From contig OU015566.1 of the NCBI GenBank assembly GCA_907165135.1, positions 2,728,001-2,792,000 on the forward strand: a DNA stretch of 64,000 nucleotides, written 5' to 3'. Positions 47,781 to 61,729 of the stretch are shown here, in pieces. Position numbers and translations under genes: made by a program. The DNA is from Oikopleura dioica. Lineage: Eukaryota > Animalia > Chordata. Below the pieces are notes generated by a model. The model was not told the DNA's origin. It saw only the letters and a list, made by a program, of their open reading frames with translations, and made no database searches. Positions within the stretch are counted from its first letter, which is position 1; every line of letters starts with the position of its first letter.

Positions 47781-49887
47781 TTTCGATAAATTTTTTGAGA
47801 CATTTTGCTATCATACCTTTTCTCTTCTTTTTATTCGCCATAATCTTTTCTTCTGCTTATCTCTGTGGTGTGGTGTATTTTGATTTTTGGCGTGAACGCG
47901 GATTTGAATTGAAAATTTAGTCTCCTTGTACCTATCTCCAGGCAAGAGCATAAACAGGTGCGTCAATTCACGCGCTTTTGTTTTCTTATTTTCTGAAAAA
48001 CTCGGTTCTTCTGTTAATTTTGATTGATAATTTTTCGATTTGAAAAATTTACTTTTTGAATTTTTTTTTTGAAGGCCGAAAAATTTTTATGAAAAAATCT
48101 CGCTTCTTGGAAAGAAATAATTTCGGAGCCAGCTGTGGCTCTCGGCTACCAGCTAAAGCACGTCAAATATTTAACTTATTTCTTTTATAGCGCTATAATA
48201 CCTCCCGGACGGATTTTTAAATTAACAACGGGCCGTGGCTATAACAAACAGACGCTACTTCTCCTTCCGAGCAGCGTTAATTGCACGCTTCAATTTGCGG
48301 ACGAAGGATTAGCTCAGCAAGTTCACGGGATTCAAAAAGATGCGATTCTTGAGCCATGAAAATATAATATTTTCAATATAATATTTTAAATATTCTGCCA
48401 TTCTTTCTTCAAAAAAATTTTAGGCAACATGCTCCAATTCGAGAGGTAGATAGAAGAATTGATTGTTCGGTCAAGCCAGCCGTAAAATTGGCCCGAAACA
48501 TGAAGAACAGCTGTTTACTGAAATAAATACGAATGCATCTTATTCTGGCCAAGAAAAAAGAGAGAAATCTAAAATGAAACAAGAAATAACCTATTTCTAA
48601 TGTCGATAAAATCTCAAAATGAGTCTACACATCTTTATATTCTAAATCTTTTAATTTCCCTACTAGTTGTTTCTGCCCCTTTTTTTCATATTATCATTGA
48701 AATGAATCTTAATTTTACATAATATCGATATGTGTTATAATGTCTTTAATACTATGTTCCAAAAATAAATTGATAAAGAGAAATATATTGAGAAATTTGT
48801 TTTGGCTTTGAATAAGTCCTTGCTTTCATACGAAAAAAAAGAGATTAAACTCATTAAGAAAAATATTCTTATTATTGCCTCGAAGCCAACTGCTTAATTG
48901 TACCGCTCCCCCTCTGTTTCGCCCAGACGCTGGGTCGTTTTTAAATTCCAGCGCGGCCGCAGCCACTCTCAGGTCCAGCTCAGCTTTCGGCGGTTTCTTT
49001 TCCGCCAGAACCCTTAACATTTCAATTCAGCACAAAATTGCCAAAATCACCATCGCCCCTGCATTTTGACGACGTGTTACTTGATAAAACATGAAAAGTG
49101 ACAGATTTTTTTCCAGAATTTATATTTTTTTCTGACGCAACGAATTCTTCTCGTAAGTAAAGGAGCTTCCTTCAAAAGGTCTGTTCTTCGTGATTGTGCT
49201 GGAGAAAAAGCTGTCTTTTTTCGATTTTTTGAAAATTAAAATTTTTAATTTTTTTTAGTCAAAAATCGTGTCTGATAGAATTGAATCGCTTGTGCATTCG
49301 TCTCGGGCTTGGAGTTTGATAAATTCGCTCATTTTGGTGCAAAAGCTCTGGATTGACAAATTGTCGCAGTCCAAAAATAATCTAAAAATCGGGTTCGTGA
49401 AATCAAGGAAGAGAAAAACGAACCTGAATGGCGAGTAAAAGCATTGGAAGACTCATAATCGTTGTCCAGTCCTTCGTCGCCATCTGCATGTGATACTCTT
49501 CCTCGGTCATTTCCACGTAGCTAGAATTTCAGTTTCGGCACAAAATTTTTGTTTCGCGTGAAACGTAATATCTCGAGTGCGAGTTATGCGACCGGCGGGA
49601 GCGGTTGAACTCGAGCCCGGGCCAGAAATTGTTGCAAAATTAGATGGACAGCTGCTTACTTGGAAATGTGACCTTTTTGGTCGAAAATAAGGGATGAATC
49701 GAAAAGAAAAAATAATCAATTTTACAAAAATTTATATTTCAGTCGCCTCGTAACACGATTTTTCGGTCAAAAAGATGATAAAAAATATTCATCCCTTATC
49801 AAAACTCATGTATTCACGGCCAAGTTCTTCATAGTGAATAAGCTTAAATGAAGGCTAAATACTCAAATAGTTTTTGACCGGCCAAGA

Positions 49888-49958
49888 AACCCATGTGGGA
49901 AACCTGAGTGAGGGTCAAGGCTCTTTCAGGACCCTGACTCAGGTTTTCCTCACGGGTT
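49888..49958. mobile_element. CCTGAGTCAGG-family palindromic element
   Basis: GGGAAACCTGAGTGAGGGTC ... GACCCTGACTCAGGTTTTCCTCAC. Confidence 0.6.
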
Positions 49959-50858
49959 TAAGACCGTAGGTCTTGTGGTAATTTCAGACCATGATAATAA
50001 ATGCAACAAGAATCAAAACAATGATCGCTGAAAGAGTCTGTCAAAATGCTCCAAATTTGCTTGCAAATAATCTCTTCTAAGAATTTTTTGAAGCTCTGCA
50101 TAAAAAAGTCCAAGTTTCATCGTTTTGAAAAGTGAAAAGTGCTGCTGGGTGGAAAAAGAATAAATGAATCAATGAAAACGATAATGCGTGAAAAAATCGT
50201 ATTGACAACATCATTTCTGCTGTCATATGTATTGGAGCGGATAAGAAGCGTAGTCCCTTCTTAAAACAGCCATAATTGAAATGAATCTTGGCTCATACAT
50301 ATGCTCAAAATGGATAGAAACCCCCTTTTCTGATGAAAGATATAAATGTTTTCTTGAAATCGTTTATTCAAAAGTGTAAAAATCATTATTGTTCTGTTTG
50401 TTCTCTAGCAGTACGGCGCCAATTATCGAGCAAATGTCTACTTTTCCTCGTCCAAGAGGGCCTTCTTCAAGCCCAAGACCCATCAGGTACCGGCATTCTT
50501 CCTCTTGCCTGGATTTTTTTGAAGCTGGAGCTGCTGATGCATAAACGAGAACTGATGGAGAGCTTCAAACTGTTTTTTTTTTCTGAAACCGAAATATTTG
50601 AATAAAGCTTTCCTGAAACGAAAAATGCAAAGAAAAAATTCATAGTTGTATGAAGAGAAGTTCAATTTAAATTCTTCTTTATATGAACCCTGCCTCGCGT
50701 CTTTCATCAATTATAAGTAGCAAAAAGTTGCCAATAAAAATTCATTCAGAAAAGGTGCAATCTAAGAAGATTAGAAATGAATCTTTAACTAGAAAAAATC
50801 ACAAAAGTTGACCAAAAAGCAATCAAGTAATAGCTCAATGGGAAAGAAGATCGCTCTC

Positions 50859-51418
<560 letters not shown>

Positions 51419-51678
51419 TTTTTTGCGAAAATTTTGTTATAAAAACTGAAGAGGAAACAAAAAAGGCGTGTCATGAATTACGTCATTCTAGAGATAAGCC
51501 TTCTTGGCAATAAATTGATGTAAGATTTCTGATCAAAACTGATAAAGGCAGTTCTAGATAACTTATCTAGCATGAACTTGATTTCTAGACTAGAAAGACT
51601 TTAAGACTTAAGTCTTTTTGCTTTCCCTTTTTTTTGCGAATCTGATTTTGAAGAAAGGGTTATTTCTTCATTTCAAGC

Positions 51679-52125
51679 ATGAAGTCTGAGAAGTTTTTCA
51701 AGGGAGTTTGGGATGGAGGAGAGATGTCTTACGTCGAGGCTGGTAAATTTTTCAATGATGAGAAGACTAAAAAAAGGATGGAAGCTGTTGGTGTAGAGAT
51801 TCTGAAGGTAGGCTTATCAGTCCTTAATACTAGAATGTAATGCTACTAGTGGGAACAAATCTCGCAAATTAAGGGATTGCCATTTGGTGGATTTGCTGCT
51901 TCCGCTATTTCAAAGCCAAAACAGCAAGAAATCAAGACTGAAGGATCATCTCTTCAAGAATCCGAAATCAAATCAGAAGAGTCGAAGACGAGTGACCCTC
52001 CTTTTGCCGGGATTCGGCAAAAGCACGGTCACTCTTCGAAGATGTCAATCGAAGATTTGGAAGACAAAGTACGAATGCTAGAGGATTTCATGGTTGAAAT
52101 CAAAAGAACTCAAATGGTAAACTAA
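51679..52125 (+). CDS. Hypothetical protein with a C-terminal short coiled coil
   Basis: MKSEKFFKGVWDGGEMSYVEAG...VEILK|GLPFGGFAAS...SIEDLEDKVRMLEDFMVEIKRTQMVN*, joined by a GT-AG intron. An upstream exon is possible. Confidence 0.5.
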
Positions 52126-52130
52126 ATGAA

Positions 52131-52950
52131 TTAACTATAATCGACACGAGCTGAATTTTAAGAATGAATCTAAACATACCCACTTCCTCCTCTCCCAGCT
52201 TCGACGAGAAATCAGCCAACACGAACTTCGAGTCGAAGCCCAACTTCTTGAGATGAAGAAAGAGCTTGGCGAGAGGAAAGCGAAGAAAAGGGGAACCTGG
52301 CGCCGATTCTTCTGCCTTTGAAGCGCCTTAGAATAAAACGACAAACAAAAATTTTCTTTGTCAACATTTTCAAAATTTTTATCAAACCCGCTGAATTTAA
52401 TATTGTTGGTAGAAAACAAAATTTTTTCTTTGAAATTTTAGCTTTGAAAAAATTTGGCATCGCAACAATTTCGAGCGGCTTGAAATTTCGCGGCAATCAA
52501 TGAAATCAGGGCTTGTTCAAGCTCATCGTTGCAAATTATCGACAATTAGAGCCTTTCTTTCTTCTTTCAATTCGTTCAATTCTGCGCGCCAGAGAAGAAG
52601 AAAGCGATTTTACAGAGCTTCGGTGACAGTTCAAATTAATTTCTAGTCAATTACTGGCTCATCAAACGAAGCAGAGGGCAGAGTCCCTGGCCCGGAAAAC
52701 TAAACAAATCAAAACGCTGAAGGATCAGAGCTTTTTCAGACGACTCCATCATTCTCAGAACAACCTCATAAAGGGTTTTTAATACAGAGAATTTAGGCTC
52801 AAAGAAGATTAATGAGATGATATGAAGGCTTTCTTGTTTTTGGTCTTCTGATTTCAGTACGAGGTAAAGAACAAGGATTTCAGTACAAACAGCAGTAGAT
52901 GGTTGAGGGTTTGTTTTCAAAGTTAGAAATTCTAACAAAGCTTCATTTAA
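52131..52950 (-). CDS. Hypothetical protein (spliced; 5' end unresolved)
   Basis: Protein-like exon frames (ORF 52938-52651; ASKAEESAPGSPFLRFPLAKLFLHLKKLGFDSKFVLADFSSKLGEEEV|ARVDYS*), with GT-AG boundaries at the last intron. Confidence 0.4.
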
Positions 52951-53369
52951 GAATCAAACAATGTTTTAAAATTCATTATTTTTCATGTAAAAGAAAATAA
53001 AGAACTTAAAGATCTTTACGAGGGCATTTTATATTTCAGAAACTTTTTTGTCATTTCTTAAATATCCAAAGAAGAGATCTCTAGCGCCAAATTTATTGAT
53101 ATTATCAAGATAAGGGCTGTGTTTGACTATTCTTATCAAAATCTCTTATCTACTCGAGGTCGATAAAGGTAGATAATTTTCGACTAAACCAGTTTATGGA
53201 AGTGTATTTGTAGATAACCAATAAGATTGTTGTATTTGACCTGTCGGCCAATCAAAACCCCGATCCATAAAATCACTTCCACAAATTGGTTTAACCCATT
53301 ATTTAAATCAAGATAAGTAAACATTTCTCTTTTCTACTCAAAAAATTGCCAACATCATTTCTCACAAGA

Positions 53370-55442
53370 CTTTTAAGGACTGAATACAACTGTAGAAATA
53401 TTCGCTACACATTCAACAAATTTCGATGTCCGTCAACAACCCGAAAAACCCGTAAATCTGGCAAAATGCCTCATTCAAAACTGCAACTGGAACTTGAAAA
53501 AAGAAGAAATCCTCTTCATAATTGGCCAAAAAAAAGTCGAAGCGACTGAAATCGAAATCAACGAAGAGTCAAATTTGTGCACTGGAATTTTAAATTTCGC
53601 TCCGATTGCAGAAGATGATGAAAAATGGATCAGCTGCGAAGTGAATAAAAATAACGAAGAATTGTTGAAGAGCAATAATTGCTTTAATTTGGATGTCAAA
53701 CGTAAGCAATCATTTAATTGATTTTATTGAAAGAATTTTTGATAAGAGCCTTTTTGCTCTGAGAAAATCAGAAGACAAATAAATCATCACGTCACAATTA
53801 AGACACTGCTAGGTCGATTAACCTTGAACTGTCGAATGTAATGAAGAGTGGAAACGCGACACTCGTCCTGGCGGGCACTCGCCTAGGGGTGAAATGTCTC
53901 ACCGATGGAAATCCTCGGGAAAAGACGCAAGTCACGGTTAACGGAAAACGAATGAAAGGAAGATTTTACAACGTCAAAAAGGAAAATTTGATTGTTGAGT
54001 GCAGGTCGAAATCACTAAGTACGTTGGAGCCTGTAAGAGTCATTTGTAAGTATTTGATTTTATACAAATAAGGGTGTCAATTTGATAATTTTCAAAAAAG
54101 ATATGTAAAAAATCTCGATTTTCGACTTTTTCTTCGAAAACTTCTCGATCGAATTTTGCAAAAAAATATATTTCAAGACCTCAATGAACCAAAAATCACG
54201 AAAACATCCGCCAACCAAACAACATGCTCTGCTGATGGCTACCCTTCTCCAAAAATCACCTGGCTGAAACTTCCAGAAATCGGTCAGCGAGTGTTCAAAA
54301 TGCGCTCGGAATCAACAAGGACTCGAAAATGGCTTCGAAAATGGGAATACGACATGATTTCAAACTCGTCGACTGCGTTTCTTCAGCAAGATCAGATTTA
54401 TATCTGCAATGTGGAAAATGAATATTTGTCGATGTCAAAATTATTTCGAGCGGAGAAAAAGGCTGATTCTGCTCAAACAGATTTGATAATTCAGGTTTGA
54501 AGAAGAAATTGAAATTATTAATTAATTTTCAGCCTGAAATTCGGCGACGAAAAGAAGCATCAAAGCAAAGTCCCTGTTCAAACAGCATTTGCAACATTCA
54601 AATGAAGAAGTCCATGCTCGTCAGCTGTAGCAAGCCATATTATGAATCATCAGAGTCTGACTCTCTTGAACTTGTGCTTGATGGATATTTATTGGAGCCA
54701 AATGAAAACAGAAGGAGTTCGAAAGTCGTGGCAAAGATGGAACTTCCGATGAAAAAAGAAGGTTTGATAAGGTAAGACACATTACAATTGAATTGACGTT
54801 ACGGGGAAATTTAGGCGAAAGAAGAGCTTTTTTCCAGAACCGACTCGAAAATCTTGCGCTCATCGTTTAGCCTGCTGCAGTGGAGATGACATCCTCAATT
54901 CCGTCGATATTGTGCAAAACTGTAATTTCCTTCGTAAAAATTTCTTTCACAAATTTTTTTCTAGTTCTGAAGAAGCCGATAATCGCTTTCAAACGGCACA
55001 ATATCTATCGCCAAACGCACACAAACAAAATTCGCCGTAGAATCGGGAGTTTTCTCGATTTACAGTGCTTTCCTGACAGTATTCCGCAAAGTTCAATTTT
55101 TTGGGTACGAGAAGATAGAAAGAAGAAGGAAAGAAAAGTTGTTGGAGACAAAGCTTTTCTTTATTTTTCAGTAAGTTTTTAATGAGATTTATCGTTCAAA
55201 AAAATTGCGAAGTGACACCCTTATTTCAAGATTTTGAATTAAAGCGATAAGGTTAACCCCGAACTCAAATTATGATTATGAAATTTTGAAAATAAGGGTA
55301 TCACTCTTTTATCAAAAAAAGAAAGAAAACACCTTGAACATTTTTTTAGAACATAACATTGGAAGATAGCGGAATCTACACCTGTACCTCGTCAAATTCA
55401 CTTGGCTCTCGCGAAAACTCCTTCAAACTCAAAATTCACTAA
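53370..55442 (+). CDS. Multi-immunoglobulin-domain protein (about 5 Ig-like domains) ending without a TM segment; 5' end unresolved
   Basis: Exons ...ILNFAPIAEDDEKWISCEV..., ...VKCLTDGNP..., TCSADGYPSPKITW...YICNVENEY, LDLQCFPDSIPQSSIFWVR and NITLEDSGIYTCTSSNSLGSRENSFKLKIH*. AATAAA follows at about 55474. Confidence 0.8.
55211..55303. mobile_element. Small inverted-repeat element bounded by TGACACCCTTA motifs (intron of the Ig gene)
   Basis: AGTGACACCCTTATTTCAA ... TTGAAAATAAGGGTATCACT. Confidence 0.6.
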
Positions 55443-55609
55443 AGATCCCAAAATCCACTGCCAGATTTTCCTTCAATAAATGCTCCTTGAAAAAGACAAG
55501 GGGGATAATTTCGTTTGGTATTAATAAACGAGAACTTGATGAACAGATTCGTTAAGCATTGAAGAAAGAACAAAAAAATAATGAACTGCAAATTTGTTAA
55601 ACTCAATCA

Positions 55610-57200
55610 CAGTCGATTCACTTCTTAGATTGATGCTGCAGCGCAAAGTTTTTCTCGTATTTTTCTATATTTCGACGCATTTCCTTGAAAATATGATTAG
55701 CTTTTTTCGGATGGGTTGGACTTACTGGTGGCATTTTGTCGTTTTTGGTCAACTGTACATTAGTTACAATTGGATTTCTTCCGATCGGGCGCGACAAGTA
55801 CTTCTTTCCAAATTCGTTAAAATCTATTTGTTCTGGGCGGAATTGGAAGCCGGAGCTCGACGAGTCCGACGAGAAATTTGAGCCGTTGGAACTTTGACTC
55901 CAGTCGATCGAGCTCGACGTCAGCTCGCTTGACGATTCGCTTAGGCTTTGCTGGCAATATCCTGAAATGTGCTTTTGAGAGATTATTCTTGATTTGAATA
56001 AGAGTGAGGAAATGCTGGCCTCAGCAAAACTGAAATCATGGAAGAGAGGATCTCAAGCCGGGCGATCGAAATCGCTCCAATCAGCGGGTAATCGCCAGAC
56101 TGCCTCTCAAAGTTCAAGTCACGTTTTTCTTACTCGACACAAAGCATTTCTACATCATGAGCACTTACTATGCAAAATACTACGATTCTAACAAAATTCA
56201 CACCAAACCAGTAATTACACCGCATCGGGCTTACCTCGCTGTCGATGACTTGACGGAAAAGTCGGGCGAAAATTGGGTTTAAGACTAGAAGAAGGGAAGG
56301 CGGAAGATCCAGATATGGGCGAGAAAAGCGCGTCGGAAGATCTTGACGATGGGTCGCCCGGGGCGAGCTCGACGACTTTTGAGGGGATGAGAAACGATAG
56401 CGTTCTCAAATAGGGCTGTCCGTGATAGGGTGTTTCGATCCCTTTCCTAATGAATCCTTGCTGGCAAAAGTTTGAACCAGTTGTTCTTGCGATGGGGATT
56501 GCGGCTTTCTCCTGCGCATTTTTCCAAAGCAGCCGCATAAGATCGTCATGATTTCCGAAAGATTTTCGAAAGATTTTGTTTCGTCAGCAGGAGCTCAATC
56601 AACAGCTGGTTGACGAAATCAGGAATTATACAGCGTCATCTTAAATAATTTAATTAAATTTTTATGAAAATAGATATTTGTTCTTTCTCTCTCGCATAAA
56701 TACGTGATGGAAAGGAAAGTTATCGCCGATCTTATATACAAAACTCCAAGGAAAAAACGGTGTCTCAAAGACGAAATCCCTCAACCGTCCCGCTTGAGTT
56801 TCATTCTTCCGTTACACAATCAAAATAACTATTCCGAAGTCTGACAGACTCAGAACTGCCAAAATTCCAAATGTTTCCAGCAAAGCAGAAATAATGCAAA
56901 TCAAAAAGCCGCTTGCGGCTTCAAGAAAAATAAGGGGACGCCGCGGCTAAAAATTTTTCTTCAAGTACTTCAATTTATGATGTCATGATGTTCTTGAATG
57001 CCTTTACTTCCGCTTCGCGAAGGTCATTCGAAAATAAGTACGGTTGCAATGACGAACTCGAGTTGAAGAAAATCGAGCAAGGGTTTAATAGCGTGACCCT
57101 TGCTTTATTTGGCTTTGCTAATTGCTTTTGCCGCTGGCTCCGCAAGAGCTTTTTTCACCGAGGACGTTCTACACCAGACGTGACTTCTTGAAGCACCGTC
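55610..57200 (-). CDS. Hypothetical Ser-rich protein (several exons; structure uncertain, may extend to about 58060)
   Basis: Long open minus-strand frames: ESSSELTSSSIDWSQSSNGSNFSS...KEMRRNIEKYEKNFALQHQSKK* (about 55950-55610), ORF 56538-56215, and an open frame at about 57160-56980. Confidence 0.4.
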
Positions 57201-58578
57201 CCATAAGATGAAAAAAGACCAGCTATCTGTTATCGGAAATTTCCCAATTCAGTTTTTCTTTTAATGATGTATGTTTAATAAAAACTAGTCACTTCGTCCA
57301 AGATTTTTTGAAGCAAAAGTTCATAGGCTAGGGTTAGGGTTAGTTTAAAAATTCCTTATTACAAAATACAATGAACCAAATTGGCAAAGGTATGATTAAG
57401 GGTTAAAACAAGCTCTTCGTGGAAAAGTTGACTACTTGCTACTTTGCAAATTTTCAACCGATCCTTCCTAAAGTTATAAACTCCGATCGCCGAAGTGTTT
57501 TCAAAATACATGAGGGAAAAAACTGACTTCCCGCAAAATTATTTCATAAATGAAGAAAGAAATATTACTGTCTTCTATTGTGTAATCTTTGACCCTTTTA
57601 CTGTATCTATCATTTACCCTTACCCAAATAGAAAATATAAATGAGCTTTTCTTTTGAATTTTTGTTTTCAAGAATTTTGAAAATTTTCACTCTAACCCTA
57701 ACCCTAACCCTAAAATTTACATGAAGTCGAACTTACTTTCTGAAGAATCTGTAACCCTTCTTTTTCGAATCGAATAGCTTTTTTTATTCGATTTTTTTCA
57801 GAATTCTTCTCTATCGCGTGTTTTTGAACTCTGGTTGAAAGTCGAGTTTTCGTCGCTCTAGCTTATCAATCCTTCGCTTTATCAGTATCTCAGTCTTCTC
57901 TGCTGCCTTCTGGTAGTCGCTGTTATTTAGGGTAGCTCCCTTTTTCTGTCGTTGTGAGTGAGAAAGAGAGAGATGCGCAAAAATAAATGGTTGAAGGACG
58001 TGACGGCCGAATACGTGAAGTGTAATACTGAAGCCAAGGCCGGTCAGGAGCCGCATGTGTACGTGACCTGACAGGCGCCTAGCTCAGCACTTATCACGTC
58101 AGCACCACTTTTCGAGTCGAAAAACGCCGCTCGCGCACGCGCCTCGACATCAAGCCCACCAGACGAGGAAATACTCGCTTTCCACGCGTGGATGTTAAAC
58201 CGCTTTCGATTCTATCTCCAAAATTTATCTCGAAGATTCTTTTTCATGCTTGGCGACCGACAATTTAGGGATCTTAACCAGAATAGAACTTTTCAACTGA
58301 TTTTTCCTCTTTTTTGTCAATTCTAGCCGAATCCCTAAGTATCATTCCGCTTCGAAATTTGTCCTTTTGAGTCCTTCCTCCTTCTTTTTGGCACAAAAAA
58401 TGGTGAAGAAGCTGAAGACAATAAAAATGCACTGAAACCGCACTGATAAGTCGCCTGAGCCTTGAGAAAGATCCTCTCTGACTCAGCAACTATTCCAAAA
58501 ATAATTTTCCTTTGGAAACAATTTTTATCAATTTTCTCGTTCAACCTTTCCTGTTCCAGAATATATAGACTGAGCCAA

Positions 58579-60166
58579 AATGCCGAAAAATCAAGAGAAT
58601 GAAGAATCAGCTGGAGTCGGAAATGCGGCTCTTTTTGGTGAAGTCAAAATGAAGAAAGGTATTTTTCAAGAAAAAGCTATTAAGGGAACCCCAATGGAAA
58701 ATTTCCTCCACCAAGAAATATTTGTGCTTTGATTTATCAAATTTTCAAATTTCACGGAATCCGGAAATTTTGAAAACGCATTTTCTGTTATTGAATTTCT
58801 AAGAAAATGAGGAGTTCTGATTGAAAACTCTAATTCTAATAGTGATTAAATTAGCGAAGGAAAACGGCGTCAAAAAAGAAGCTGAAAAACCACTACCAGG
58901 TAAGGCCCGTTTTCTTCCTTGATTTCAGCTGTTTTTAGAGAAGAAATCGAAAAGGAAGGGAATGTCAAAAACAGAACATTAGACCTTAATTAACAGCTTG
59001 GCGGAATTTTTTGTTTTGTCATTTTCGCGAAAAAGACGAGGAAGTGAAAACTACTTGGGCAAGGCTCGCAAAATTTCAGTCAAAAATCATTGAAATCTGA
59101 TGATTTTCGATTCCGATTTTTTGCATCACTCAAACTTGATTTCACATCAGTAATGTGCCACGTGACGCTAGAATATGTTTTGTGATGAAATCAATCAACC
59201 CGCACGGTTCAATGATTCACTAAAATTCTGAGTAGTATCAAACTGAAAGAGGTCGATGTTAGAGTTCACCTTAAGCATGTTCGAATTTGATACTGTTTTC
59301 AATCATTTACCGATCATTTTTCGATAAAAATATAATGTTAGTGAATAACTGAGTGAGCCCCTAAAAGTCTCTTTGCATGAATGGATGAGTAAATGCAAAA
59401 CAAATGTTGAACCCAAATAACGCTTTAAAATACAATAGATAATAGAAAAGTAATTCTGGACGACATCCCCGATAGTCCTGAAAAAGAAGAAAAGCAAGAA
59501 ACAAACAGTTTGATGAACGCGAAGGGAACGGAGGAGTCAAAAATGAAAATGGAAGACGAGGCGCTGGATCTTGTTGTTAAGGTGACAATTTTGGAGGCGC
59601 CGCTAATCACCCGTGAAAATATTCTAGCCTCTCATCTTTCTTTAGAACTCAGCTTCTGTCTGCAAATCTCATAAGATATGAGAAAGTTCATTTTTCAAAA
59701 GAATTTCTTAAGAAAATCGCGAGGTTCTTATTAAATATCTTTCCTTCAAATTAAGGGTGTACCTTATTTAAAAACCAAAAAGCCTGCTATTAGGAACCTG
59801 ACCTTTAATGGCCTGTATATCCTTAAGAAACGATCTAGAGATCATGATTAAGAGAACCTTGAAATTAAGGGTGTATCTAAGATAGATTCGAAGATAATTC
59901 TAATTTTAAGGGTTTCAAACACTACCGAAAAGAATCGATACGACTTCAAGCAGAAAACGACAAGCTTTGGGAAGAAAACGAGCGAATCAAAAAAGCTTAC
60001 GAGAAACTCAAGGTTCATCATTTCTCGATCTTAATTGAATTAATACCACTAAATTTCAGGATGACGCGATGCAGCTGAAAAACTTGATGAGTATGGTGAC
60101 TGGAGAAATGTCAAGTGCGCTGGGTTTTATGGAGAAAGCATCCAAAGGCGAAGACGAAGAAGAATA
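58579..60166 (+). CDS. Hypothetical acidic protein with a C-terminal coiled coil
   Basis: Short GT-AG flanked exons: MPKNQENEES..., AKENGVKKEAEKPLP, KVILDDIPDSPEKEE...LDLVVK, YRKESIRLQAENDKLWEENERIKKAYEKLK and DDAMQLKNLMSMVTGEMSSALGFMEKASKGEDEEE*. Confidence 0.55.
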
Positions 60167-61729
60167 ATGAAAGTTTGAGAAAAGAAATTTTCATCGAAAA
60201 TAAATGAGACAAAAAAGTTCTTTTGCTTCTTTTTATCATTGCATAATTAGGGAATAATTGAATTCGTTTTGGTTAAAAGTGCCAATTTTGAATATTTTCT
60301 AATTTCACTCAAAACAGAAACTAAACGATCAACGATGTTTTCAGAAAACAGGGATTACTAGCACTACCTATCAGCTCACGTTTTTCTTATTTTGATCCAT
60401 AATGATTGCTAATCGACGATTGCGATACAAAAACATACAGAATTGGTTGGAGATAAAATAAACAATCTGATCTTGCAAAATCAAAAAAATGACGCTGATA
60501 TCCGTGAAAAGATTGAAAAGAGACGATTTAAAATCGTCTATTTTGGCCTATTTTATGACAAATATGTACGAAAACTCGATGACAAATTATTTTTAAAGGT
60601 TTCTGCTATTTCAGATTAAAATTAATTAGAAAAAATACAATCGCTTCTTAAGACCTTGATAATGAAGTGGTGCCCCTTATTCGAGCCTAAATTCTTTGAT
60701 AAAAGACCCGTTTTGCTTGATAACAAGACAATCTTTAGACGATTTCCCTAATTTTCGCGAGCTCTAGTCACCGCGTCCACGCGCTCCGAGGGCGCTCGCA
60801 AGCCATAATAAGCGTTCGTGAGCGCTAACGGGAGCGCCACGATCCCCCTAGAAACGGCGATAAAGAAGATACTGAAATTCTGAAACTGAACTTGAAAAAA
60901 GTTTGATCTTTTTCTTTTCTTCTTTTTACTCGCATCCTGATAAGGGACAAGAGAAGCGAATTTCTTCAGCGAAAAAAAAAAATATTCTTCGAAAATAGAG
61001 AAAAAAGAAAAATGAAGATTTTCAGAAACTTTGGGATTGTTGCCTCCGTAAATGTAAGCAAATTTAAATTTGATATAAAAATTGAATTTTGAAATTAAAT
61101 AAAAATATTTTTTTTTTAATTTTTCTTGTTTCTGATTTTTTTCTGAATTTTTGTCGGCCAAAATTTTAAACCAAAAAGATAGGAAAAATGAAGAATAATT
61201 TTTTTTCCAAAAAGAAAGCTCAGCAAAAATCCAATCGCCATAATCGCCTTTGAAAAAACGGATTTGAAAAAGAAGCGTAAAATTAAATTTTACGAAGCGC
61301 GCGTTTTTTCGCTTATTCGACATTGCGTTCTTGCGGCAGGATGTTTCGTTTTCTTTCTTGAAAAGATTGATTTTATAGGGTCGCATCTGCGGCGATGATA
61401 TATCAATTTTTATGGTTTATGAAATAAGAAAATTTACTTCAAGGCTGAAACCGAGTCGATTTAAAATGACTTTTCTAAAGTACTTTTTGGATCAAAATTG
61501 ATTTCTTCATTGAAAATTTGATTTATTTTTTATATTTTTCTTTTGAAATCTGATTGGCTTTTTTGCCGAATGCACGAATCTGATTTGTTTATAAAGTCAT
61601 TCTCCCTTTTTTTCCAAAATTACTGCCATTTTAATATTTTAAACCTATTATATAAGTTTTTCAAAGCCCTAACCCTTATTTATGAAAAGTCAGGGTGTCC
61701 CCTTAAATTCTTATTTCACTGATTTTTCA

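Noticed and set aside
55594-55897. TM and cytoplasmic exon for the Ig gene
   Set aside because: The Ig frame stops at 55440-55442 with a polyA signal after it, and this region has a longer open frame on the minus strand.
58579-60166. Geminin or bZIP assignment for the coiled-coil protein
   Set aside because: Only generic heptad similarity; no family-specific residues or basic region recognised.
60748-61386. 212-aa minus-strand ORF
   Set aside because: Mostly F/K/N-rich low complexity from A/T runs. A few short protein-like pieces exist but no family or reliable splice model, so it was not called.
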